The notes under the pieces are model-generated. The model made no database searches. It worked only from the letters and a program-made list of their open reading frames with translations, and was not told the origin of the DNA. A stretch of 64,000 nucleotides of DNA from Vicinamibacterales bacterium (GTDB lineage Bacteria > Acidobacteriota > Vicinamibacteria > Vicinamibacterales > 2-12-FULL-66-21), in contig DATJIW010000078.1 of the NCBI GenBank assembly GCA_035492775.1, forward strand, positions 46,318 to 110,317, read 5' to 3'. A program made the position numbers and the translations under genes. Each line of letters begins with the position of its first letter. The first letter of the stretch is position 1. Below, piece after piece: positions 41,463 through 50,324 of the stretch.

Positions 41463-43588
41463 GGCTGCCGCTCGAGTGGCTCTACGAGTTCGTCGAGGTT
41501 CCGCGCGACCCGGATGCCGTCGCGCGCGCGCTCGGCCTGCGCGGGTTCGAAGTGGCTGCCGTCGAACACACGCCGCACGCGGTGATCGATTTCGAGATCA
41601 CCGCGAACCGCCCCGACTGCCTGTCGATCGTCGGCCTCGCCCGGGAGGCCGCGGCGGCGTTCGGACAGGCGCTGAAGGTGCCGGAGGCGCGGGCCTCCTC
41701 TCCAGACGCCGCCGGGACAGCCGCAGCGGTCGACGTGGAGATTCAGGACGCGCTCGCCTGCCCACGCTATTGCGCGCAGGTATTCGAGGTCCGCGCTGGA
41801 AGTCCGACTCCCGCGTGGATGCGCGAGCGGCTCGAGGCGGCCGGGGTCCGCGCCATCGATCCGATCGTCGACGTCACGAATTACGTCATGCTCGAAACGG
41901 GGCACCCGACGCACGCGTTCGATCTGGAGAGACTTCGCGGCCGCGCCCTGCGCATCCGGCCGGCGAGTGCCGGTGAACGGATCCGCACCCTCGACGGCGT
42001 CGACCGCGCGCTCGACGCCGACATGCTCGTGATCGCCGACGCCGAGCGGCCTCAGGCGATCGCTGGCGTCATGGGCGGCGCCGAATCGGAGATCGGGGGC
42101 ACGACACGGACGATGGTGCTGGAAAGCGCGTATTTTCAGCCGGCGTCGGTCCGGCGAACCAGCAAGCGTCTGGGTTTGAAAACGGAAGCCTCGTCACGGT
42201 TCGAGCGCGGCGCAGACATCAACGCAGCGCCGGCCGCGGTCGCGCGCGCGTCGGCGCTCTTCGAGCAGCTGGGGGTCGCGCAGGCTGCCGGGCCGCTGAT
42301 CGACCGCTACCCCGCCCCGCGCCAGCCAGTCACGCTGACGCTGCGCGGCCGCCGCATCGCGCACGTGCTCGGTATGCCGGTCGCGGACAGCTCGGTCTCG
42401 CCAATCCTCACGCCGCTCGGCTTCGCAGTCGCACCGGAACAAGAAGGGCGACCTGACGCCGAACGAGAACACGAACAGGAACCGGGAATCCGCACTGCCG
42501 AACCGCCGAACCGCCGCACTGCCGAACCACGCGCGACATCCTGGTCTGTGACCGTTCCGACCTTCCGCGTCGACGTGCAGCGCGAAATCGATCTCATCGA
42601 AGAGGTCGCCAGGCACGACGGCTATGCCAGCCTTCCTGCGACGTTCCCGGAACTGGCCGCCGCGCAGGCTCCGCCCGACGCGCGCACGCTGCTCGATCGG
42701 CGGCTGCGGCACGTGCTGACCGCGTGCGGCATGTCGGAAGCGATGACGTTCGCGTTCATCGAGCGCGCGGCCGCACTTCCGTTCCTGCGGGACGCAGAAC
42801 CTGCCGCCCTTGCGAATCCGTTGTCGGAGAAATACGCGGTGCTCCGCCCGTCGCTCGTCCCCGGTCTGATCGATGCGGCGGCCCACAACAGACGACGCGA
42901 GCGCAAGGATGTCCGGCTCTTCGAGACCGGGACCCGGTTCACTCCCTCCGGAGAAAACCGCGCCGTCGCGGGCATCTGGATGGGCGCGGCCGTGGCGGCG
43001 CACTGGGCCGAGAAGCCTCGACCCGTTGACTTCTACGACGTGAAGGGAATTGTAGAGGCGTTGCTCTCGGCGCTCGGGCTCGAAGCGCGGTTCGAGCCGC
43101 TGGCGCGAGGCTGCTTCGAGCAGGGATACAGCGCAGGGGTCGTGACGCCGGCAGGGACTGCGCTCGGCGAGATGGGTCAGCTCGCAGTCAGCGTACTCGA
43201 TGCGCGCGGACTGTCGGCCTCGGAGCCGGCCTTCGTGTTCGAACTCGACGTCGACGCTGCGGCAGCGGCGCAACGCTCCGGCGATTTGCGCGCCGAATCG
43301 CTGCCCCGCTTCCCCGCGATCGTGCGCGACCTCTCGATTCTCGTCGACAATGGCTTGCCTGCAGCCACGGTTCGTGGCACTATCCGAGCGGCGGCCCCGG
43401 AAACGCTGGTCGGGATGATCGAATTCGATCGGTATCGAGGCGCGGGCGTACCTGAAGGACGGATCAGCCTCTCGCTGCGTCTGACGTTCCGTTCGACCGA
43501 TCGGACGCTGACCGACGCCGAGGTCGACGCCGCCATGACCGGGATCGTCGAGGCGCTCGCGTCCGCACACGGCGCGGTTCGTCGCTGA
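41459..43588 (+). CDS. pheT: Phenylalanine--tRNA ligase beta subunit (short form lacking the OB tRNA-binding domain; with low-complexity insertion)
   Basis: B1 (MRLPLEWLYEFVEV), then directly the B3/4 region (AVIDFEITANRPDCLS). B5, FDX-ACB-like C-terminus (FPAIVRDLSILVD...FDRYRG...SLSLRLTFRS). GTGA overlap with pheS. Confidence 0.9.
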   Translation: MRLPLEWLYEFVEVPRDPDAVARALGLRGFEVAAVEHTPHAVIDFEITANRPDCLSIVGLAREAAAAFGQALKVPEARASSPDAAGTAAAVDVEIQDALACPRYCAQVFEVRAGSPTPAWMRERLEAAGVRAIDPIVDVTNYVMLETGHPTHAFDLERLRGRALRIRPASAGERIRTLDGVDRALDADMLVIADAERPQAIAGVMGGAESEIGGTTRTMVLESAYFQPASVRRTSKRLGLKTEASSRFERGADINAAPAAVARASALFEQLGVAQAAGPLIDRYPAPRQPVTLTLRGRRIAHVLGMPVADSSVSPILTPLGFAVAPEQEGRPDAEREHEQEPGIRTAEPPNRRTAEPRATSWSVTVPTFRVDVQREIDLIEEVARHDGYASLPATFPELAAAQAPPDARTLLDRRLRHVLTACGMSEAMTFAFIERAAALPFLRDAEPAALANPLSEKYAVLRPSLVPGLIDAAAHNRRRERKDVRLFETGTRFTPSGENRAVAGIWMGAAVAAHWAEKPRPVDFYDVKGIVEALLSALGLEARFEPLARGCFEQGYSAGVVTPAGTALGEMGQLAVSVLDARGLSASEPAFVFELDVDAAAAAQRSGDLRAESLPRFPAIVRDLSILVDNGLPAATVRGTIRAAAPETLVGMIEFDRYRGAGVPEGRISLSLRLTFRSTDRTLTDAEVDAAMTGIVEALASAHGAVRR

Positions 43589-43661
43589 CAGCGGCTTCGG
43601 ATCGGAACGGCGGGCGCGGGGCGCAAACGGCGCTCCCCGATTTCAAAAAGGAATTTGTATC

Positions 43662-43991
43662 GTGATGGCCAAAGCCGCGGTTGCGACGCGGTCGACGGAA
43701 CTCGACTCCATCGATCGTCTGGAAGAAAAAGTCAAGGCGCTCGTCGGGGTCCTCGAGCGAATGAAGACGGACACGGTCCGCCTGAACGACGAGAATACCC
43801 GGTTGAAGGCGGACATGTCGCGTGCAAACGAGGAGAACACGCGGATGCGTGCCGACCTCGAGACCGCACGGACACGCCTGGGCGACGTCGAAGGCAGCAA
43901 AGCCGAACTGACCGCGCTGCGCGACGAGCGGGAGCACATTCGCGCCCGCGTCGCCGACATGCTGAACCAGATCGAAGCGTTGAATCTGTAA
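43662..43991 (+). CDS. ZapB-like coiled-coil cell-division protein
   Basis: 109-aa all-helical heptad sequence (LEEKVKALVGVLERMKTDTVRLNDENTRLKADMSRANEENTRMRADLE...) directly upstream of zapA. The assignment rests on pattern and context only. Confidence 0.5.
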   Translation: MMAKAAVATRSTELDSIDRLEEKVKALVGVLERMKTDTVRLNDENTRLKADMSRANEENTRMRADLETARTRLGDVEGSKAELTALRDEREHIRARVADMLNQIEALNL

Positions 43992-44033
43992 CAGGTCGGA
44001 GGCGAAGCCTCCATCTACGCAAACTACGCAAAG

Positions 44034-44378
44034 ATGGATCAAACGCGCGTGGTAACCGTGGAGATCAACGGCCAGCGGTATCCGATCCGCAGCCACCTCG
44101 ACGCGTCCTACATCGCGGAGCTGGCGGCTTTCGTGGACCAGAAGATGTCGCTGGCGCATCGCGAGTGCCCGCAGGGCGACTCGCTGAAAGTCGCGGTCCT
44201 GGCCGCGCTCAATATCGCCGACGAGTGCTTCCGGGCGCGCGACGAGGATGCCGCGAGGCGGCGCGACATCAGCGCGCGCACCGAGGAGCTCGAGCGCATG
44301 CTCGATCTGGCACTCGGCGCCGAGCCTGCCGCCGACGTCGAACCGACGCCGCTGGTTCGATCGGTCGGCTCTCTCTGA
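44034..44378 (+). CDS. zapA: Cell division protein ZapA
   Basis: VTVEINGQRYPIRSHLDASYIAELAAFVDQKM...KVAVLAALNIADECF is a typical ZapA. Confidence 0.8.
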   Translation: MDQTRVVTVEINGQRYPIRSHLDASYIAELAAFVDQKMSLAHRECPQGDSLKVAVLAALNIADECFRARDEDAARRRDISARTEELERMLDLALGAEPAADVEPTPLVRSVGSL

Positions 44379-44419
44379 AAATCTGCGATAATTACGAACA
44401 ACAGAGTTCCAGCGACTCG

Positions 44420-44605
44420 ACATTCGGCAGCTGGAACTCGCAGGTTCGTAGTTTCGCCGAGATCCCTGCTTTGCGCGTGATGGATCGGAGGCTCGGTTTG
44501 AGCCAATGTTCCATCCAAGCGAATCGCGACGCTGCGCCGTGTGCATGCCTCTGTTCCGAGGAAGCCTGACGCGTGGCTTGACCAGCGGTTCCACCTGCTT
44601 AGTGC
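44420..44605 (+). ncRNA. ssrS: Candidate 6S RNA (ends approximate)
   Basis: Lies immediately 3' of zapA, the classical ssrS position. 44500-44566 is co-linear with my recollection of the E. coli 6S central-bubble/terminal-stem region (GAGCC.AU.UU.CAU.CCA...GAAU...CGCU.CGC...GCAUGC...UCCGAG.AAGCC). An interrupted 16-bp closing helix joins 44427-45 and 44581-98. No credible ORF. Confidence 0.55.
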
Positions 44606-44806
44606 AGGTTCAAACGACCTCCCCACACGGCAAAGCGGGGGCTTTCCGCGGCGTCGCCGCGAGGTGACGGGTACTTGGTACCTCGAATGGGTGCCGGGTA
44701 TGAGGCGCCGCACCAACCCGCCCGGCCCCCATTCAAGGCACGAAAGCCCCCGGCATTCGGCGCGAAGCGCGGAGACCACCAAGATCTAGTACGCTTGCGC
44801 GTGACG

Positions 44807-46381
44807 ATGGGTCCGGAAGCCGCTTCCGTGGTGTCGGCCGCTGTCGCAGCGGCGATCGGCTTCGGTGCTGCCGCTGTGTGGTTTGCGAGCAGGCGGCGCG
44901 CCGCCGAGGCGCTGGTGAGCAGCGCCAAACAGGCCGCCGCCACCGAACGCCAGCAGGGGCAGCGGGAGGCGGAGACGGCAAGAAAAGAAGCGCTCATCGA
45001 GGCACGTGAAGAGGCCCACCGCCTGATCTCCGACGCCGAACGGCAGGCGCACGCGCGGCGCGACGAGATGCTCGGACTCGAGCAGTCGCTGGCCGATCGG
45101 ACGCGGGCGCTCGCCGACCGTCTCGCGGCGACCGAAGCCGTCGAACGCGACGTGACGGCCCGCGAAGCGTTGGCTTCCAGGCTTCGCGCGCAGGCGGAGG
45201 CGGCGCTCGCGCGCGCGGACCAGCTGGTCGCCGAACGCCACCGTGAACTGCAGCGCGTGTCCGGCCTTGGCGCAGACGAGGCGCGAGAGCTGCTCATGAG
45301 GCAGATCGAAGGCGACGCGCGCCGCGACGCAGCCAACCTGGTGAAACGCCTGGAGGCGGATGCACGTGAGACGGCCGCCCAGCGAGCCCGGCAGATCATC
45401 ACGGACGCGATCCAGCGGAGCGCCGCCGAACACGCGATTGAGACGACCGTCTCCGTCGTCGACCTGCCGAGCGACGACATGAAGGGCCGGATCATCGGCC
45501 GCGAGGGGAGGAACATCCGCGCGCTCGAAACGGCCACCGGCGTCGAGCTCATCATCGACGACACGCCGGGCGCGATCATTCTGTCGTCCTTCGATCCGCT
45601 CCGTCGCGAAATCGCACGCCAGGCCATCGAACGGCTCATCGCCGACGGTCGGATCCATCCCGCGCGCATCGAGGAAGTCGTCGAAAAGGTCAAAGCCGAG
45701 GTCGAGCAGACCGTCCAGCGTGATGGCGAGGCCGCCGCCTTCGAGCTGGGCCTCTACGATCTGCATCCGGAAGTGCTGGCACTCATGGGACGCCTCAAGT
45801 TCCGTACGAGCTACGGACAGAACGTGCTGAACCATTCCCGCGAGGTCGCACTGCTCGCCGGAATCATGGCGAACGAGATCGGGCTCGACGCGCACGTCGC
45901 CACCCGGGCCGCGTTCCTTCACGACATCGGCAAAGCCATCGACCGCGATCTGCAGGGCACCCACCTGGAGCTCGGTCTCGAGTTCCTGCGGAAGCACGGC
46001 GAATCGGAGCCGGTCCTGCAGGCCGTCGCCGCCCATCACATGGATATAGACTGGCCGTCGCTCGAGGCAATGATCGTGCAGGCCGCTGACGCGATCTCCG
46101 CGGCGCGGCCCGGTGCCCGCCGCGAGATCCTCGAGTCATACGTCAAGCGGCTCGAAAAACTGGAAAGCATCGCGGAATCGTTCCAGGGCGTCTCCCGGGC
46201 GTTCGCCCTCCAGGCCGGACGCGAAATCCGCATCGTCGTCGAGAGCGAGCGCGTGTCGGACGAGGAAGCCGTCTGGCTGTCGAAGGACATCGCGCGCCGA
46301 ATCGAGAACGAACTGGAATACCCGGGACAGATCAAGGTGACCGTTATTCGTGAGACACGCGCCGTTGAATACGCGCGCTGA
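44807..46381 (+). CDS. rny: Ribonuclease Y
   Basis: Start ATG 44807. N-terminal TM (VVSAAVAAAIGFGAAAVWFA), long coiled coil, KH domain (GRIIGREGRNIRALE), HD domain (LLAGIMANEIGLD...AFLHDIGKA). Confidence 0.9.
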   Translation: MGPEAASVVSAAVAAAIGFGAAAVWFASRRRAAEALVSSAKQAAATERQQGQREAETARKEALIEAREEAHRLISDAERQAHARRDEMLGLEQSLADRTRALADRLAATEAVERDVTAREALASRLRAQAEAALARADQLVAERHRELQRVSGLGADEARELLMRQIEGDARRDAANLVKRLEADARETAAQRARQIITDAIQRSAAEHAIETTVSVVDLPSDDMKGRIIGREGRNIRALETATGVELIIDDTPGAIILSSFDPLRREIARQAIERLIADGRIHPARIEEVVEKVKAEVEQTVQRDGEAAAFELGLYDLHPEVLALMGRLKFRTSYGQNVLNHSREVALLAGIMANEIGLDAHVATRAAFLHDIGKAIDRDLQGTHLELGLEFLRKHGESEPVLQAVAAHHMDIDWPSLEAMIVQAADAISAARPGARREILESYVKRLEKLESIAESFQGVSRAFALQAGREIRIVVESERVSDEEAVWLSKDIARRIENELEYPGQIKVTVIRETRAVEYAR

Positions 46382-47399
46382 TGCCGCCGCCGTCCCTGGC
46401 GGAACCGTTGCCGACCTGGGCGAGCGGGATCTCATCGCCAGGATCCAAGAGCGCCTGCCGCCGGCCTCACGCGCTCTACTCGTCGGTATCGGCGACGATG
46501 CGGCCGTGCTCGAACCGCCGCGCGGGAGACTGGAAGTCCTGACAACCGACGGGCTCGTCGAGGGCATCCATTTCGATCGCCGTTTCAGCACGCCGTTCGA
46601 CATCGGTTGGAAGGCGCTCGCAGTGAACCTGTCCGACATTGCCGCGATGGGCGCGGCACCGGCAGCGGCGCTCCTTTCACTGGCACTCCCGGAATCCATG
46701 GGGATTGACGCGCTTGACGGGTTGATCGACGGCTTTCTGAGCTTGGCCGGCGAATCCAGGGTCGGGCTCGCGGGCGGTAACGTGACGCGCTCACCGGGAC
46801 CGCTCGTGGTGGACGTCACGGTAACGGGATCGGTCCGCCGGCGGGACGTGCTCCGGCGGAACGGCGCGAGACCCGGCGACGGGGTTTTCGTCACGGGGTC
46901 GATCGGTGCCGCGCGGGCCGGGCTGGAATTCCTGATGGCAGGCGGCAGTGAAATTTCGCTCGACGGAATGGATGCCTGCATCGAGCGCTACTGCCGCCCC
47001 GCTCCGCGTTACCGCATCGGCGCGCTCCTCGGCCGCGTGCGCGCCGCCACCGCGTGCATGGATTTGAGCGACGGCCTGGCAGATGCGGCCCGGCAGGTCG
47101 CGGAGGCGAGCGGCGTCGGGATTCGACTGACAGCCGACGCCCTGCCCGTGTCCGAAGCGTGCCGCCGCTGGTTCGACGAGCGCGGCGGTGACGCCATCGC
47201 GGCGGCTGCGGCCGGAGGAGACGATTACGAACTGCTGTTCACGGTTCCGAGGAAGCGGACCGGCCGGCTGCGACACGTCGTCCAGCAGGCGCGAAACGTA
47301 CCCATCACGCGCATCGGCGAAATCACGGCGGAGAAAGGGGCCGAGCTGATTCGCAACGGCAGCAGGGAACCGCTGCCCGCCGGGTTCGTCCATTTTTGA
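46350..47399 (+). CDS. thiL: Thiamine-monophosphate kinase
   Basis: GERDLIARIQERL, GIGDDAAVLE, EGIHFD, ALAVNLSDIAAMGA, GGNVT, GGDDYELLFT. Start uncertain: GTG 46350 or TTG 46365, both overlapping the rny 3' end. Confidence 0.8.
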   Translation: MRHAPLNTRADAAAVPGGTVADLGERDLIARIQERLPPASRALLVGIGDDAAVLEPPRGRLEVLTTDGLVEGIHFDRRFSTPFDIGWKALAVNLSDIAAMGAAPAAALLSLALPESMGIDALDGLIDGFLSLAGESRVGLAGGNVTRSPGPLVVDVTVTGSVRRRDVLRRNGARPGDGVFVTGSIGAARAGLEFLMAGGSEISLDGMDACIERYCRPAPRYRIGALLGRVRAATACMDLSDGLADAARQVAEASGVGIRLTADALPVSEACRRWFDERGGDAIAAAAAGGDDYELLFTVPRKRTGRLRHVVQQARNVPITRIGEITAEKGAELIRNGSREPLPAGFVHF

Positions 47400-47404
47400 G
47401 CCGC

Positions 47405-47899
47405 ATGTCGTCGCCAAGAGTCCGCCGCTGGCTCAATCAGCTCCTGCACACGCACGACACGCCGCAGCGAACCGCGGCGGCCTACGCGCTGGGTGTGTTC
47501 TTCGGGTTCTCTCCCCTGCTCGGCCTGCATACCCTGCTGGGGATCACCCTCGCGTTTGCGCTGAACCTCAATCGCGTCGCGGTCCTCCTCGGCATCTACT
47601 CCAATCTTCCGTGGATTCTGCCGGCGTACTACACGCTGGCGACGATGCTCGGCGCGGCCCTGCTCCGCGCACGAATTCCGCCAGGGCTACTGCAGAATCT
47701 GACAGGCGCGTTCCGCGATGCGTCCTGGGCGGACTTCCGGCACCTCGCCCACGTGCTCAAACCGCTGCTCTGGTCATACGTGCTGGGCTCCGCGATAGGG
47801 GCTGGAATCCTTGCGTTCGTCGGGTACCGCGTGGCGCTCGCCACGATCGTCGCCCATCGCCGGCACCTCGCACGCCTGCAAGACCCTAAAAATCAATAA
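47405..47899 (+). CDS. DUF2062 family membrane protein
   Basis: HTHDTPQRTAAAYALGVFFGFSPLLGLHTLLGITLAFALNLNRVAVLLGIYSNLPW. ATG 47405 chosen; TTG 47396 overlapping the thiL TGA is the alternative. Confidence 0.75.
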   Translation: MSSPRVRRWLNQLLHTHDTPQRTAAAYALGVFFGFSPLLGLHTLLGITLAFALNLNRVAVLLGIYSNLPWILPAYYTLATMLGAALLRARIPPGLLQNLTGAFRDASWADFRHLAHVLKPLLWSYVLGSAIGAGILAFVGYRVALATIVAHRRHLARLQDPKNQ

Positions 47900-47931
47900 G
47901 TTACATAATTGCACCCCATCCATTTGGGGCT

Positions 47932-47960
47932 TTGACTGACCCCTCGCCGGCCGGTATAGT
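47932..47960 (+). promoter_or_regulatory. Near-consensus sigma70-type promoter (TTGACT-N17-TATAGT) upstream of the 3D-domain gene
   Basis: TTGACT 47932-37, 17-nt spacer, TATAGT 47955-60, ~37 nt upstream of ATG 47997. Preceded by a small hairpin CCCCAtccattTGGGG + CTTT (47914-47933) that may terminate the DUF2062 gene. Confidence 0.5.
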
Positions 47961-47996
47961 TGGGGGACGGTACCCGCGGGGACCGGTTCCACGGCG

Positions 47997-48485
47997 ATGT
48001 TGATTTCACGATCTCTCGGCCGGAAACTGGTCGTCACGGCGACGGCCGCGGCGTCGTTCGTGTTCCTGCACGAGGCGACAGTGATCGACTCGATCATCGC
48101 GCCGCCCGCCCTTCAGGCAAGCGTCGGTGCGATCGACTCCCCCGCGCCGGGTTCCAGACTTCCCTTTACGGCCACCGCCTATTGCAAGGGGACCACGACC
48201 GCCTCCGGCGTCAACGTCAGAACGGGCATCGCGGCGGCGGATCCGGACCTGCTTCCGGTCGGCTCGGTGGTGCAGGTCGATCGCCTGGGCGACCGGTACA
48301 ACGGCATCTACACGATCATGGACACCGGCCCTTCCGTTCAAGGGCGGCACATCGACATCTACATGTGGAATTGCAACGAAGCGCTTGCGCTCGGCCGCCG
48401 CGACGCATCGCTGACGGTTCTGAGGCTCGGGTGGAACCCGCGAGCCACCACGCCGAACCTGCTGCATCGGCTGTTCAGCCGATAA
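47997..48485 (+). CDS. 3D (Asp-Asp-Asp) domain protein, RlpA/MltA-like double-psi beta-barrel
   Basis: N-terminal anchor/signal. FTATAYCKGTTTASGVNVRTGIAAADPDLLPVGSVVQVD...YTIMDTGPSVQGRHIDIYMWNCNEA. Confidence 0.75.
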   Translation: MLISRSLGRKLVVTATAAASFVFLHEATVIDSIIAPPALQASVGAIDSPAPGSRLPFTATAYCKGTTTASGVNVRTGIAAADPDLLPVGSVVQVDRLGDRYNGIYTIMDTGPSVQGRHIDIYMWNCNEALALGRRDASLTVLRLGWNPRATTPNLLHRLFSR

Positions 48486-48491
48486 CCGCCG

Positions 48492-50324
48492 TCAATTGTC
48501 GGCGGCGACGGCCGCCGGCCGCTCCTGATCCCGGTATTGGAGCTGATACAGCTTGAAATAGATCCCGCGCTGCGCAAGCAGTTCCTGGTGCGTCCCCGCC
48601 TCCCGCAGCTGCCCCTTGTGCAGAACGAGGATGTTATCCATGTCCTGAATCGTCGAGAGGCGGTGGGCGACGGCGATCGTCGTCCGTTCGGCCATCAGCA
48701 CCTTGAGCGCGTCGCGGATCAGGAGTTCGGTCTCGGTGTCGACGCTCGAGGTCGCCTCGTCGAGGATCAGAATCCGCGGATCGAACGCAAGCGCCCGGGC
48801 AAACGACAGCAGCTGCTTCTGGCCGACCGACAGCGTGGCGCCGCGCTCGGCAACGGCCGCGCCGTACCCGCCGGGAAGCCTGCGGATGAATCCGTCCGCG
48901 TGAACGGCAGCCGCCGCGTGCGCGACGGCCTCGTCGGGGATCGCACCGTTGCCGAGGCGGATGTTGTCCGCGATCGTCCCGGTGAACAGCTGCACGTCCT
49001 GGAGCACGAGGCTGAACAGCCCCCGCAGCTCGGGCAGCGGCATCTCGCGAATGTCCACGCCGTCGATCGTGATGCGGCCGCGGCTCACGTCATAGAACCG
49101 CAGGAGCAGGTTGATGATCGTCGACTTCCCCGCCCCGGTGGCGCCGACGATGCCGACGCGCTCGCCGGGACGTACTTCGAACGAGACGTCGCGCAGCACG
49201 TAGTCGGGCTCCCCCGCATCCGTGGCGTTGTACGCGAACCACACGTGATCGAAGACGATGTGCCCGACCGCGTCCGTCTTCGGCCTGCGGCGCTCCGGAG
49301 CTGCCGTCGCATGAGCTGAGACGGGACTGACGATGCTGACCGGTTCGTCGAGCAGCTTGAAAATACGCTCCGACGACGCCATCGCGGCCTGCAGGATGTT
49401 GAACTTATCGGACATGTCGGAGATCGGACGGAAGAACCGCTGGGAATACAGCAGAAACGCGACGAGCGAGCCGAGCGTCAGCGCCCCCTGGAGGACCCAG
49501 CGTCCGCCGTACCAGATCGTGAGCGCCGCCGCGAGCGCGCCCACGATGTCGATCGCGGGATAGAAGACGGCGTAGTAGAAGATCGACTGGATGTTGGCCT
49601 CGCGGTGGTCGCGGTTGATGGCGTCGAACTGCCGGAACGCCCGCGCCTCGCGTCGGAACAGCTGCACGGTCGCCATGCCGGTGATGTGTTCCTGGAGGTA
49701 CGCGTTGATCCTCGCGATGAGCCGCCGCACCGTCCGGTACGATTCCCTGACGTTCCGCCGGAACCACTGGGTCGCGATGACGATGAGCGGCAGCACGGCG
49801 AACGTGACGAGCGCGAGCTTCCAGTTCATCGAGAGCAGGACGATCATGATGCCGAGCAGCGTGAACACGTCGCCGAAAACGGAGACGACACCCGACGTGA
49901 ACATGTCGTTGATCACGTCGACGTCGGTCGTCACGCGCGTCATCAGGCGGCCGACGGGATTCCTGTCGTAGAAGCGCAGGTCGATGCGCTGCAGGTGGGC
50001 GTAGATCTCCGCGCGCATGTCGAACATGATCCGCTGACCGGTCATCTGCAGCAGCCAGGTCTGCGTGTATTCCAGGCAGAACGAACCGATCAGGATGAAC
50101 AGATACGCGAGCGCGATGCGGTTCACGCCGGCGAGATCGCGCGCCGGGATATAGCGGTCGATCGCCACCTTCATCAGGTAGGGCTGCGCGAGCTGCAGGA
50201 CGGAGGCGGCGATGATGGCCGCCAGCGCCAGCCCTGCCTGCGGCCGGTAGGGACGCAGGTAGTGCAGCAGCCGCCGCATCAATCGCGCGTCGTACGCCTT
50301 CCCGAGAACGTCGTCGTCCTGCAT
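48492..50324 (-). CDS. ABC exporter, fused permease/ATPase (MsbA/MdlB-like), subunit 2
   Basis: Six-TM ABC_membrane domain, then Walker A GATGAGKST, signature LSVGQKQLLSFARAL, Walker B ILILDEATS. Confidence 0.85.
   Translation of the reverse strand: MQDDDVLGKAYDARLMRRLLHYLRPYRPQAGLALAAIIAASVLQLAQPYLMKVAIDRYIPARDLAGVNRIALAYLFILIGSFCLEYTQTWLLQMTGQRIMFDMRAEIYAHLQRIDLRFYDRNPVGRLMTRVTTDVDVINDMFTSGVVSVFGDVFTLLGIMIVLLSMNWKLALVTFAVLPLIVIATQWFRRNVRESYRTVRRLIARINAYLQEHITGMATVQLFRREARAFRQFDAINRDHREANIQSIFYYAVFYPAIDIVGALAAALTIWYGGRWVLQGALTLGSLVAFLLYSQRFFRPISDMSDKFNILQAAMASSERIFKLLDEPVSIVSPVSAHATAAPERRRPKTDAVGHIVFDHVWFAYNATDAGEPDYVLRDVSFEVRPGERVGIVGATGAGKSTIINLLLRFYDVSRGRITIDGVDIREMPLPELRGLFSLVLQDVQLFTGTIADNIRLGNGAIPDEAVAHAAAAVHADGFIRRLPGGYGAAVAERGATLSVGQKQLLSFARALAFDPRILILDEATSSVDTETELLIRDALKVLMAERTTIAVAHRLSTIQDMDNILVLHKGQLREAGTHQELLAQRGIYFKLYQLQYRDQERPAAVAADN

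Noticed and set aside
44108-44782. 224-aa minus-strand ORF covering the zapA-rny gap
   Set aside because: It overlaps zapA antisense and crosses the region better explained as 6S RNA. It has no SD and a junk-like sequence.
44599-46039. 364-aa and 417-aa minus-strand ORFs
   Set aside because: They are antisense to rny (clear KH and HD domains). One is extremely Ser/Ala/Arg-rich.
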